Assembly (NCBI RefSeq): GCF_000142905.1
Contig: NW_013657617.1
Location: 47,567 to 111,566, forward strand
From: Thecamonas trahens ATCC 50062
Lineage: Eukaryota; Protista; Apusomonadida
Reading direction: 5' to 3'
Length of the DNA stretch: 64,000 bases
Shown: positions 53,856-64,000 of the stretch, piece by piece
How positions within the stretch are numbered: the first letter of the stretch is position 1
How the letters are laid out: every line of letters starts with the position of its first letter
Translations under genes and position numbers: made by a program
Notes under the pieces: model-generated
What the model saw: the letters and a program-made list of their open reading frames with translations, nothing else
Told to the model about the DNA's origin: nothing
Databases searched by the model: none

Positions 53856-56546
53856 TCAAACAAGAATTACCGTGTCGTTCAGCAGTTTGGCCTTCTTGGA
53901 CGGCGAGGCGCCGGCCGACAGGTCGGCAGAGGTGGGATCTGTGCTGGCGGCGGCGACGGCGGCAGGATCTTGGTCAGCGGCGTCATCGCGCGGACGCTTG
54001 GCAGTGGGCGACTTGGCAGTGGGCGCCTCGGCAGTGAGCGCCGACGGTGCTGCCGTGCTCGGCAGCAGCGATGCAAAGTCATCAAAGTCTGAGTCGCTCG
54101 ACGCGGTGCGCTTTGGTGTAGCGATGGATGCCTGTGTCGTCTTGGCGGGCGTCGGGGTCACCTTCTTGGCGGTCGATTTGACCTTGGGCGCCGTTTTCTT
54201 CTTGAGGATCGACTTCTTTGCGGTCGACTTCTTTGTGGCCATCGCCTTCTTGGCTGTCGTCTTCTTCTTTGCGGTCGACTTCTTCTTGGCCGGCACACTG
54301 CCGCTCGAGGCCGTCGTGGTGGGGGTGGGGGTGGCGGCGGCAACGGCTTGCGGCGCGGCGGCGCCTTCCATCGGCTGCGGGACAGAGTCGGCGATGGAGA
54401 TCGAGCCACTAAGCACGTTGTTGAACCACTGCTCGTCGACAACTCTGATGCCACGCGCGGCGGCGGTCTTCATCTTGCAACCGTCCTTGTACTGGTCCGC
54501 GGTGCCGACGGGGATGACGAGAAAGTCGACGTTGGCCGTGAGCCGCGAGCGGCTGAAGAAGCCGCCGCCGTTGTTGAGCACGGCAGCCTTCAGAGTCGAC
54601 TTGCCGACCTGGGCAAAGACCTTGCCGGCGAGGTTGCCGACCTTGTTGCCCCAGACGATGCCATCCGATCCACCGCGCTTGGCCGGCGTCGCCGACGTCG
54701 ACGCCGACGCTGACGCTGATGCGGTAGCCTTGCTGCCCGAGGGGCCGGCGCCACTTGGGCCAGCCACGTCCATTGGCGTCGGTGTCGCGGCAGTCTTGGA
54801 ACCGGCCTTGGCCTTGCTCTTGCTCGCCTTGGCCTTGCTCTTGCTCGCCTTGGCCTTGGCCTTTGCTGGCGTCGCCGTGGCCTTGGCCTTGCTCTTGCTC
54901 TTGGCCTTGCCCTTGTTCGTCTTAGCCACGCCGGCGGCTGCAGTGGGAGCTACCGGCGCGGTAGGCACCGTCGCCGGCTCTGCAGTGGGCGCAGCTGAGA
55001 TGGAGCCACCTGCCGGGGTCGGGATCGGGACGGAGAGGTTGGCAGCGACCGGCGGTAGCGCCGAGCCAGCGGGAGCGGCGGGAGTGGCAGCGGGAGCGGG
55101 AGCGGGAGCGGCGGACGACTCGGTCTTGGACTTGGAGGCCTTTGCAGCGGCCTTCGAGGCTGCCTTTGCCGCGGCCTTTGTCGCCTTTCCGGCCTTTGCC
55201 GCCGCGTACTCTGCGTAGATGAGGCGGAGGAGGGTGTGGTTCATGGTACCTTCCGGGAAGAGGGCAACCACGCCGGCAACCTTTGCAGTTCGCTCGAGGT
55301 CGAGCTCCCGCTGGGTATCACGTGTGAAGCGGACCGAGATGAGGCGAAGGCGAATGAACTCGTCGAGGACGCGGAAGAAGAGGTATACCGACTTGAGGAC
55401 GACCGGAGCGAGCGCAAGCTGCAGCGGCGGCGGCGCATCGTGGGCGGACAGCGGCTCCAGCGCCGCATCGTCTCCCTGCTCACTCTTTCGCAGCAGCTTC
55501 GTCACGTCGTCAGAGGCAAACTTGCGGATGAGCGCGGCTTCGGCCGAAGACCATGCGGCCGCAGTCGGCGGGCGTGGTGTCGGCTCGTCGGCCTTCTCGA
55601 CGTGGCGCTTGATCTTGGCAATGAGCACGTTGAGCTTGTCCTCCAGCGACCCGATCTCATGGACGCGCTGGACACGGAGAATGTGGTGGCGGATGGTGTT
55701 GGGCTTGACCTCGAGAAAGGTGGCCAGCAAAGTGGCAACGTCGTGCGAGTCGTCGTTGTGGCTCTCGCCGGTCTGGACGAGCTCGAGCAAGGCGGCGTCG
55801 AGCGTCTCGGAGCGGGCAAACTGGTGCCGCTCGTGGCACCCGTTCTCCTTCAGCAGCCGGGCGAGGACGTCAAACTTGGCCGCTGTTTCGGGCGCCAGCG
55901 TCAGCACCTTGTCCGGCCCGCGCTCCGGATCCGAGTTGACCTTGGCCAGCATCTCGGTCGCGTCCGACGCCACGATGGCGAGCTGGCCACGGTTGACAAA
56001 GAAGCCTTTGTACACGGTTTGCATCGGCGGTGCCTCGGCAATGGCCTGCGAGTCATCGATGAACGGATCCGCGTCGTCGTACTTGTCCGTCGTGTTCCGC
56101 AGCACCTTTTTGTGCACCCGTCGCTTGCCGACCTTTCCCAGCACGTCCTCCAGCCCGTCAAAGTCCGAGTCAACCGAGCTCTCGCCATCGTCGTCGTCAT
56201 CAGTGCTGAGCTCGACCTCCTCAAAGCCATCTTCACCTGGCTTGCGGGCAGAGGCCTTTGCGCCCTTCTTGGGCGACTTGTTGGATGATTTTCCGCTACG
56301 GCCAGCATTGACATCATTCCCATCATGATGATAATCATCATCATCCGTGTCCGAGTACAAATTCATCGAACACTCTGAAGAGTATGACTCTGGAGGGTAC
56401 GAGTCCGAGTAGTCATCATCATCATCATCATCAAAGTCCGAGTCCGAGGCCAAGTCCTTGCGCTGCCTCTTGTGGTCAGCATACATGTACTCAAAGTTGA
56501 TTTCATTGCCCTTGGTGTACGCAAGGTCCACAGGAAGTCGCTGCAT
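53856..56546 (-). CDS. Ubinuclein/Hpc2-like (HRD/HUN) histone chaperone subunit with a BRCT domain and H1-like Lys-rich tail
   Basis: YDDADPFIDDSQ...YKGFFVNRGQL (HRD, ~55980-56085). LAGKVF..G...NGG...VDFLV...KMKTAAARGIRVVDEQW (BRCT, ~54410-54640). Tail AKKKSTAKKKTTAKK. Confidence 0.8.
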   Translation of the reverse strand: MQRLPVDLAYTKGNEINFEYMYADHKRQRKDLASDSDFDDDDDDDYSDSYPPESYSSECSMNLYSDTDDDDYHHDGNDVNAGRSGKSSNKSPKKGAKASARKPGEDGFEEVELSTDDDDDGESSVDSDFDGLEDVLGKVGKRRVHKKVLRNTTDKYDDADPFIDDSQAIAEAPPMQTVYKGFFVNRGQLAIVASDATEMLAKVNSDPERGPDKVLTLAPETAAKFDVLARLLKENGCHERHQFARSETLDAALLELVQTGESHNDDSHDVATLLATFLEVKPNTIRHHILRVQRVHEIGSLEDKLNVLIAKIKRHVEKADEPTPRPPTAAAWSSAEAALIRKFASDDVTKLLRKSEQGDDAALEPLSAHDAPPPLQLALAPVVLKSVYLFFRVLDEFIRLRLISVRFTRDTQRELDLERTAKVAGVVALFPEGTMNHTLLRLIYAEYAAAKAGKATKAAAKAASKAAAKASKSKTESSAAPAPAPAATPAAPAGSALPPVAANLSVPIPTPAGGSISAAPTAEPATVPTAPVAPTAAAGVAKTNKGKAKSKSKAKATATPAKAKAKASKSKAKASKSKAKAGSKTAATPTPMDVAGPSGAGPSGSKATASASASASTSATPAKRGGSDGIVWGNKVGNLAGKVFAQVGKSTLKAAVLNNGGGFFSRSRLTANVDFLVIPVGTADQYKDGCKMKTAAARGIRVVDEQWFNNVLSGSISIADSVPQPMEGAAAPQAVAAATPTPTTTASSGSVPAKKKSTAKKKTTAKKAMATKKSTAKKSILKKKTAPKVKSTAKKVTPTPAKTTQASIATPKRTASSDSDFDDFASLLPSTAAPSALTAEAPTAKSPTAKRPRDDAADQDPAAVAAASTDPTSADLSAGASPSKKAKLLNDTVILV

Positions 56547-56549
56547 CAC

Positions 56550-56580
<31 letters not shown>

Positions 56581-56695
56581 GTCTCTCTCTCTCTTCACAC
56601 ACACACTCTCCTCCGCTTCGACTGTGCTTGTCTCCTTCTCCCCGCTAGCGAGAGTGAGGTGGTATCGGCGACTCGTCGTCCGTCGTCTGCTCGCA

Positions 56696-56697
<2 letters not shown>

Positions 56698-56741
<44 letters not shown>
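56698..56741. repeat. (CTGG)n tetranucleotide microsatellite
   Basis: About 11 perfect copies. Confidence 0.9.
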
Positions 56742-56742
<1 letters not shown>

Positions 56743-57824
56743 GGAGAAGAGGGGGGGAGATCTTTAGTTGTTGGCTCTGGTGAGGACAGATTCTTCGTTG
56801 TCGACTTGGAGGGTGGTGCAGCATGGCTGTTGTGTGGTGATGGTAGGCATCGGATGGCAGAGTGGGAGCAATGGCGTAGAGTCGTGCGGCAGTGGCAAGG
56901 GTAGATTCCTGGGGCGGAGGGGTTTGAGGGAGGATGACGACGACAGAGACATAATAGACTCACTAGAATGATAGTAGCTAGCTTTGTAAGACGATGTACA
57001 GCATTGTAAGGGATGTGTGAAGTAGCTAATAGGAATCAGAGGGCTTGATGGTTCAGCATCGAGACAAACCCATTTTACGAGCGGCCAAATTGTACGAGTC
57101 GGCATTATTTAAGAGCGGCGCCGACGCGACACAAGTCAGAAACGGTTGAAGTCGCTTTCGTTGTCCACCTCGCGCGTACGTGGCCATGAGCAGCCGAACT
57201 GGTCATGTGTGCCTATAATGGCCATTTTCTGCCCATTACCTTGCACACCAGCATGTGTTTCCCCCCTACCCCACCTCCATGTCCCCCCCTATGCCCTTGG
57301 TACCCCCTGGGAGGAGGTAGTCCTCGGCGTGGGATGGTGATTTTTACGTTTCGCCTCGTCGCGCCTTCGCGGCAAGCCACCACCGGTGCGGCCCAAGGAG
57401 GGGCCATAGCCAGGCCACCAATGGTGTGAGGGAGAAGCAGACCAGACATACATATACAAGGATCAATGGCGCATGTATATGTATGGTGGGAGTCATGCTG
57501 GGTGCATGCTACCTTCCCACAGGAGCACGTATACCCCCCCCCCTGGGTAGCGCCCTACCCCCCGCCCTCCTCCCCTCCCCCCCCTCTTCAGGTCGCACAA
57601 GGTCGCAGTCATGGCTGACGCCAACTCTGTCCCTGCGTCATCCCCATCCCCATCCCCATCCCCATACCCATACCCATGTCCATGCCCATGCCACTCACGC
57701 AATCTCCTCCCCTCCCTCCCCCCTCCCCGCCACGACGTCGTCGGCCCTCTTCCCCCCTCCCCCTCCCTCCCCCTCCCCCTCCCCCTCCCCCCTCCCCCTT
57801 CGCCTTCCTCTCCGTGTCGCACTA

Positions 57825-58002
57825 TGGCTGGCTGTGCGACTCGGCTGTGTGATTCGGCTGTGCGACTTGGCTGCGACTCGGCTGTGCGACTTGGCTGTGC
57901 GATGCTGATGATGTGGTGGCCATGGATGGTGTGATGGCCATGGATGATGTGGTGGTCATGGATGATGTGGTGGCCATGGATGATGTGGTGGCCATGGATG
58001 GC
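57825..58002. repeat. Short tandem repeats (~13-bp GGCTGTGCGACTC, then 18-bp ATGATGTGGTGGCCATGG) upstream of the BET gene
   Basis: About five degenerate copies of each unit. Confidence 0.8.
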
Positions 58003-58132
58003 TGTCATGCGGTATTCTGATCTGTGGTATGGCGATGACCTGGTGATCTGCCTGTGATCGATCTATATGGTTGATGGGTCATCGATGTATGGTCGGTGGT
58101 TGCTCTGGTGGCGCTTGCGAGGACAGATTAGC

Positions 58133-58765
58133 ATGGAGTTTGGTGGTGGTATGTCGCATCAGTCCGGTCCTGCCGCGGCTGCTACTCCGCCTCCTCCTCT
58201 CCCTGGTAACGCTGCTGGTGCAGCCGCCGGCGCTGCTGCCGGCGCCGCTGGCGGTGGCATGGGTGAAGTGTTCAACGGTCACGAGATGATGGGTGCGACG
58301 ACGGCGGCGCCTGCGGCGCACGCCTCGGGCTCCAACTACCCGACGCCGACGGCCGAGCTTGCAAGTGCGGCGTCATTTGAGCCGCCGGCGCTTGCCGCAA
58401 GCGCGCCTGCGCCTGCACCGTACGACGCGACGGCGGTGCCTGCGTCGATGCCTGCGTCGATGCCGCCGCCGTCGCAGCCGATGGGTGCGTACGACGGTGA
58501 GGCCGAGGCCGAGGCCGAGGCTGCAGCACAGGCTGCGGTCCAGGCTGCAATGTCGTCGGCGACATCGGGCGGGATGGATGCCGTGGCGCCGGACGCGCTC
58601 GTTGCGGGTGCCCCTGCGGTCGGTGAGAAGCGGTCGGCCGACGACATGGCCGGCAGCGACGGCGGCGACGACGACGGCGAGGCGTACAAGCGGCAGCGGA
58701 CGCTGGCGTCGTCGACGGGCTCGACTATTAACCCGGCGGACATTATGAACCAGCAGGCTGCTGCT

Positions 58766-58796
<31 letters not shown>

Positions 58797-61270
58797 TTCC
58801 GGGCGGTAATGCACAGGCGTACACTGCGCCTGTGCAGACGTCTTCGTACGCGTCGTACACGGCAGCGCCGCTGCTCCGCGATATGCGGTACCGGCTCTTT
58901 CTCACGCAGTCTGAGGCTGCGCGGGTGACCAAGCGGCTCCGCAAGGGCTACGTCCTCGTCCCGCTCACCTCGTCGGGAACCGAGTACCACGAGGAGGCGA
59001 TGACCGGGCGCGACAAGGGTCGGCGGCGGCGCAAGCAGACCGACTACAAGGCGATGATGTCGACAAAGATCATTGACGACGACGAGGACGACGACTCGGC
59101 AGCACGCGGCGGCATGCCGTCGAGCGGAGCGTCGGAGAGCCAGGCCAAGGCGTCGCGGTCGTCGGCAACGCGCAAAAAGTCCAAGAAGAAGGCCAAGCAG
59201 GTCGATTACTCGGACTTTGACAACGTGGTTCGCGACGTCAAGCGTATCATCAGGAAGTCCCTGTTGACCAAGAACGAGGCGCTGTGGTTTAAGGACCCGG
59301 TCGACCCAGTCCGTCTCGGCATTCCGCAGTACTTTGAGATCATCAAGCAGCCGATGGACCTGGGCACGGTGTTGGAGAACCTTTCGGCGGGCGTGTACTC
59401 GACGGTGGAGGAGATCGGCGACGACGTGGCGCTCATTTGGTCCAACGCGGCGCGGTTCAACGGCGAAGAGGCTGTTGTGACCCAGAGCGCGCGAGTGCTG
59501 GAGAAGGCGTGGCTGAGGGAGTACGAGCGGATCTGCCGCAAGGTCAACAAGGCGCGCAAGCAGTCTGAGCGCGCGGCCAAGGCCGCAGCACGTGAGCAGG
59601 CGCGGTTGGACAAGCAGGCAGCCAAGGCACAGCGCGAGCTTGAGAAGCAGCGCAAGCGCGAGGAGAAGCGGCAGCGGCAGGAGGCGGCGCGGGCGGTGGC
59701 CGATGGCCGTGTCCCGCCGCCGATCTTGCCGTCGGTCCCGCCGCCGCCGCCGGCTGCGCCGCAGCTTCCGCCAGCATACTCGCCGCTGCAAGGCGGCGGG
59801 ATTGATCCGTCGGCGCTTGGCGGCCTTGGCCCGATCCTTCAGCAGACCGAGGCTATGAAGCAGCAGATGCAGGCGCTTGGCATGTCGACCGGCGGGCTGG
59901 CCTCTTCGGTTGTCCGCGAGGCCGCGCCGCCGGGCATGTCGTCGGCCGAGCTCGAGAAGATGCTCGAGCGCAAGATGGAGAAGCGGATGGCTGAGAAGTT
60001 CTCCGAGTTTGAGGCCATGGTCAACTCGATCAAGAGCTTGGCGGCCAACATGATGACGACGCAGTCGCAGATGATGCAGCCGAGCATGATGGGTGGAATG
60101 GGCATGGGCATGGGCATGGCCACGCCGCCGCACATGATGGCACACTCCGCGGCAGGCAAGGGCTCGAGCTCCAAGGGCAAGTCGTCGTCGTCCAAGCGCC
60201 GGCGCAAGAAGAAGTCGAGTCGCTCCAAGCGCCCACCGGCGCCGCAGTACGACTCGGACTCGTCGGACGACTCGGTGTACATGCACGACCACGTCCGCTA
60301 CAAGCCGATGGACTACAACGAGAAGAAGCGGCTGACGACCAACATCAACCGCCTCCCGTCGTCCAAGCTTGTCCGCGTCATCGAGATCATCAAGGAGTCG
60401 ATGCCGCTCGAGAACCAGGACGAGGAGATCGAGATCGACATCGACGCCCTCGACAACAAGACGCTCCGCAAGCTCGAGGCGTACGTCAACGAGTGCCTCG
60501 CCAAGCGCAAGAAGAAGAAGAAGAGCAAGAAGGAGCAGCCGCCGCCGCAGCCGTCGGCCGTCACCACGCCGTCGACGCCGTCGACAGTCAACACCCTCGG
60601 CGTGGCCCCGCCACCGCCGGCCACGCCCGCAACCCCGGCCACGCCCGCCGCCTTCCCGCCACCGCCGGCCTCGTCGCTCTACACCCCGTCGGCGCTCGGG
60701 TCGTCGGACATGGTCTCTTTCGGCATGGCGACCACCGCGCCCATGGCGCAGGCGCCGACGCCGCTGGCGGCTGCCGCGCCGCTCGCTGACCTCGCCCCGA
60801 CGCCGGCACCCGCCACCGACACCGACACCGCCGCGCCGCCGCCGCTCTCGCTCAACGAGCAGAGCTGGTCCTCGCTCGCCAACGACGAACCAGCGCCGTC
60901 GCAGCAGACCGGCGACGCCGCCGCCCCCTCGGCGGCCTGGTCCGAGCTCCAGGCCCAGACCCAGGAGCAGAAGCAGCTCGCCGAGCAGGCCAAGGCCGAG
61001 CAGGAGCGGCTCGTCCGCGAACGCGCCGCCGCCGAGCAGGCCGCCGCTGCTGCTGCTGCCGCCGCCGAGCAGGCTCGTATCGATGCCCTCCGTGAGGAGG
61101 AGCGCAAGCGCCGGGAGGCCGCCGCCCAGCAGGGCGCCGTCGACCTCTCCTTCCAGCGCGACGCCATGCGCGACTTTGAGGCCGCAGGCGTCGCCGGCGG
61201 CTCTAACTTTGGCAACAAGCACGAGCTCCTCGCGCTCCACCAGGAGCAGCAGCAGCAGAACCATCCGTAA
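58133..61270 (+). CDS. BET/GTE-type bromodomain protein (single bromodomain + ET domain + BRD4-like C-terminal motif)
   Basis: WFKDPVDPVRLGIPQYFEIIKQPMDLGTV..LIWSNAARFN; PMDYNEKKRLTTNINRLP..EIEIDIDALDNKTLRKLEAYV; REEERKRRE..VDLSFQRDAMRDFE. Start at 58133 or 58151. Confidence 0.92.
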
Positions 61271-61944
61271 ACTGTGTGTCTTGTGGCTCACCCATTTTGA
61301 CAGCGAGTGGTGGCAGAGCCTGCCACTCGCGGCTGCAGCGCTGCTTGTGGGCGTTGTGGGAGTCCCGGTGTGTGGGTTTGTATTTTGTGGCGATGCGTCG
61401 GCCGTACTACATCCCGCTGTACAACGAGGTGGACATCCAACTGGGGGCATGCCTGCTGGCCATCCTGCTCGTCGGGTCGTCATCGTACTCGGAGCGGTCA
61501 TCACAGAGCAAGGGCATCGAGGCGTTCCTGGTGGTGGCGACGGTGTCAGCAATTGTGGTCCTGATTGTAGTGGCGATCCGGGCGGTCACGGTCGACATCC
61601 TCATCATCCGGCGCGAGCGCGAGGACATGTACCTGACTGCCGAGAAGCGGCAGCAACAGGTTGCGGGCCTCATCACCGACGAGCTGCAGGACATCGAGGC
61701 TGATGCCAACCTGTTGCTCGCCGCAGGGGAGTTCCTCGAGATACTTGAGGACACAGTGCAAGCGCGCGCGACCGGCCCGCGACGCCAGGCCGGGCGGCGC
61801 AACTCGGTGGCGCTTCTGCCGATGCTCGGCAGTGTCGAGATAGACACGCTCAATACCGATGACGAGTGCACTGCGGACACTGGTGTCGGGCAAGGCATGG
61901 TGTTGGACAAATGCGACAGCAAAGGGTGTTTGTCACGCCCATGA
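61266..61944 (+). pseudogene. Fragment encoding the last TM helices of the Cys-rich multipass family
   Basis: RKLCVL..., a frame change, then RRPYYIPLYNEVDIQLGACLLAILL..IEAFLVVATVSAIVVLIVV. This parallels RKFGVV..THPFATMRINRLETLMLSC..LGVVLVGVVCVAIVILLV of 35068-38940. No room for the rest of a gene. Confidence 0.55.
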
Positions 61945-62089
61945 TTCCGTTGGACGGCGCCGACATGGGCGTGTCATCGTCGTCGTCGTCGTCATCGTCG
62001 TCGTCGTCGCTGTCGGGTGAGGTTGAGTTCTCGTGAACACGGCCGGTGATGTCAGACAGCAGAGTAAAGCGGAGAGAGCAAGATGGCGA

Positions 62090-63268
62090 CTACGGAGTCC
62101 AACGTGGTACTCGGGCGGGCTGCTTGGAGCGTTTGGAGCGGCGCCTGGAGCGGTGCTTAGAGGTCGATCGGGTCGGTTGGTGCCTTGAGGGCTTGGTCGG
62201 CGAGAGGTTGGTGACGACGGCACCGGCAGTGATACGGACATCTCGCTCGCGATGGCGACGGTATGCCGACGCGAGGTCAGCGGTGGGCGGAAGGGCGTCG
62301 CAGGGGTCGGGTCTATCAGCGGCGACGCGAGCGCGGATGCTGGCGATGCGAGAGGATGCAGCACATGCGTCTGCGGCGCGAATAGCCGCAGCGATGGCAG
62401 CGGGGCCGCTGCCTGGGGATAGTACGGCGAGGGCATCCTTGCCGCGCGTGCGCTCAAAGGCGGACCGCTGCTGGGCACCTTCAATGTCGCGGGCGACGCG
62501 AGCAAGGCGGACGCGAGTCTTGATCTCGCGAGCACGGTGGAGGGCGGCAGCCTCGCGGGCGGCCTTATCGCGGGCGCGGCGGGAGCGGGCGGAGCGGGCG
62601 GAGCAAGCGACGGCTTTGTTGCGTGCGCGAGCGGCGGACTCGGCCTCGGCGACGGCGCGTTTGCTCGCAGCGCGTGATGCCTCGTTCTGAGCGGCGCGGA
62701 GGGCGAGAGCCCTCTTCTTCCATCGCGCCATCTTTGCAGCAACCATCTTGCGCTCGGCTATGTCGACGCGGACGGCGGCGGCGAGCGAGGCCGAGGCGAG
62801 CGAGGACGAGCGCGAGGAGGCGAGGCCCGAGGCACGCGAAGAGGCGCGGATGGCGGCGATGGAGGCGTGGCGGGCAGCGGCCTCTGATGCGGCGTGCGCG
62901 GCGCGGCGGAGCTCGAGCGCGTCCGAAGCACGGCGCTCGCGATCGGCGACGGCAGCTTGCGCGACCAGGGCGTCCGAGGCTGAGGCTGCAGCGCGCCATC
63001 GCGAGGTAAAGGTGGAGCGGATGGAGAGGCGCGGCTTTGCGTCCGAGTGGGTACTGGCGGTGACGATCGAGTCCGAGGTGGCCGAGCGCGGGCGGACTGG
63101 AGCGGGGAGCTCAGGCGGATCGACGACGTCTGCCGATGACGTCGACGAGAGATCAAACAGATTGTCGTCAGTGATATGAGTGGGGATGAGTATCACGTCC
63201 GTCTCGCTCTCTTTTGCCACTGGTCCGTGGCCGTCTGTTGACTCTGCTAGCCCGACCTCGTTCCCCAT
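62090..63268 (-). CDS. Hypothetical Ala/Arg-rich coiled-coil protein
   Basis: ~390-codon ORF with coding-like codon bias. No family recognised; an upstream exon is possible. Confidence 0.55.
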   Translation of the reverse strand: MGNEVGLAESTDGHGPVAKESETDVILIPTHITDDNLFDLSSTSSADVVDPPELPAPVRPRSATSDSIVTASTHSDAKPRLSIRSTFTSRWRAAASASDALVAQAAVADRERRASDALELRRAAHAASEAAARHASIAAIRASSRASGLASSRSSSLASASLAAAVRVDIAERKMVAAKMARWKKRALALRAAQNEASRAASKRAVAEAESAARARNKAVACSARSARSRRARDKAAREAAALHRAREIKTRVRLARVARDIEGAQQRSAFERTRGKDALAVLSPGSGPAAIAAAIRAADACAASSRIASIRARVAADRPDPCDALPPTADLASAYRRHRERDVRITAGAVVTNLSPTKPSRHQPTRSTSKHRSRRRSKRSKQPARVPRWTP

Positions 63269-63385
63269 CACGTGCAAGGTGTGCGACGCGGCGTGTTCCT
63301 GAGGTAGTTAAGCGATAAGTGTCGAGTGCTTGGGAAGCCTGATCCGTCTTGTAGCGCCTGATGTGTCAGCCTGAAGTGTCAGATG

Positions 63386-63700
63386 CTGCCGCGATCTGTC
63401 CGTTGCGTCTGCCGCGATCAGTGCGTCTGCCTCAATCAGTCCGTTGCGTCTGCCTCGATCAGTCCGTTGTGTCTGCCGCGATCAGTCCGTTGCGTCTGCC
63501 TCAATCAGTCCGTTGCGTCTGCCTCAATCAGTGCGTCTGCCTCAATCAGTCCGTTGCCTCTGCCTCGATCAGTCCGTTGTGTTTGCTTCGATCAGCGCGT
63601 CTGCCTGAAGTGCAAGAGGCTGCCTCGATCAGTGCGTCTGCCTCAATCAGTGCGTCTGCCTCAATCAGTCCGTTGCGTCTGCCTCACTCAGTCCGCCTGT
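63386..63700. repeat. Degenerate minisatellite mixing 23-bp (RATCAGTCCGTTGCGTCTGCCTC) and 18-bp (RATCAGTGCGTCTGCCTC) units
   Basis: About 14 copies seen directly. Confidence 0.88.
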
Positions 63701-64000
63701 CGTTGCTGAGGGTGCGGTGATGCGCTGGAGTGTAGAGGCCTTCTCCTTCCTCGTCTCCACGCTATGCACGAGTAAAACACGTGGGAGTGCACGTGTGGTT
63801 GCTCTCAGTACTTGGAGTCGTGTGTGGTGTGTGTGTGGTGGTGGTGGTGGTGGTGGTGGTGCGGTCGGCCGTCCGGCACTCCTCTCGTGGCTTCCGCTGC
63901 TGATGGTCCACCGTGGCAGCTTGGCAAGCGCATCGGATGGGCGGAGACAGGCAAGGCTATTGTGTATGCAAGGGGCCGGGGGGGGGGGGGGGGGGGTCGG

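Noticed and set aside
58373-61552. Long antisense or alternate-frame ORFs (also 28666..30825, 53710..55218, 15222..16673)
   Set aside because: Shadows of GC3-rich genes on the opposite strand, with no independent motifs.
1-64000. tRNA/rRNA genes and autonomous transposons
   Set aside because: No cloverleaf, rRNA, reverse transcriptase, integrase or transposase motifs were recognised by eye; a covariance-model scan was not possible.

Overview
This is a GC-rich, gene-dense, intron-poor eukaryotic (protist) scaffold with two assembly gaps (6164-6263, 25547-25725). Its style suggests an apusomonad such as Thecamonas, which is inference only. About 18 protein-coding genes are supported: TyrRS (partial), a plant-type purine permease, mitochondrial GUF1/EF4, a ~4,340-aa HECT E3 ligase, two hypothetical genes around the second gap, a Stc1-finger/EEP pseudoenzyme with a CaaX box, a Myb + MT-A70 fusion, a Cys-rich multipass membrane protein, an ERGIC-53-like lectin, a Slo/BK-like K+ channel, an ABCB10/Mdl1-like transporter, a LIM protein, a receptor-type class III cyclase, a small Tim, DCTPP1, a ubinuclein/Hpc2-BRCT protein, a BET-type bromodomain protein and a coiled-coil hypothetical. 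The strongest lead is the minus-strand gene at ~31110-33848. It appears to fuse a p1/AMTP1-type Myb/HTH domain to an MTA9/AMT6-7-type MT-A70 domain that keeps a DPPW motif, joining two subunits of the eukaryotic ApT DNA-6mA methyltransferase complex in one chain. Other leads are two tandem arrays sharing an AATAATCGATGG core between divergent genes, a candidate RTAAAC poly(A) signal, several pseudoenzyme-like proteins, paralog remnants filling intergenic space, and six same-direction single-base frameshifts (probably sequencing under-calls). All family assignments rest on motif recognition; no searches were run.
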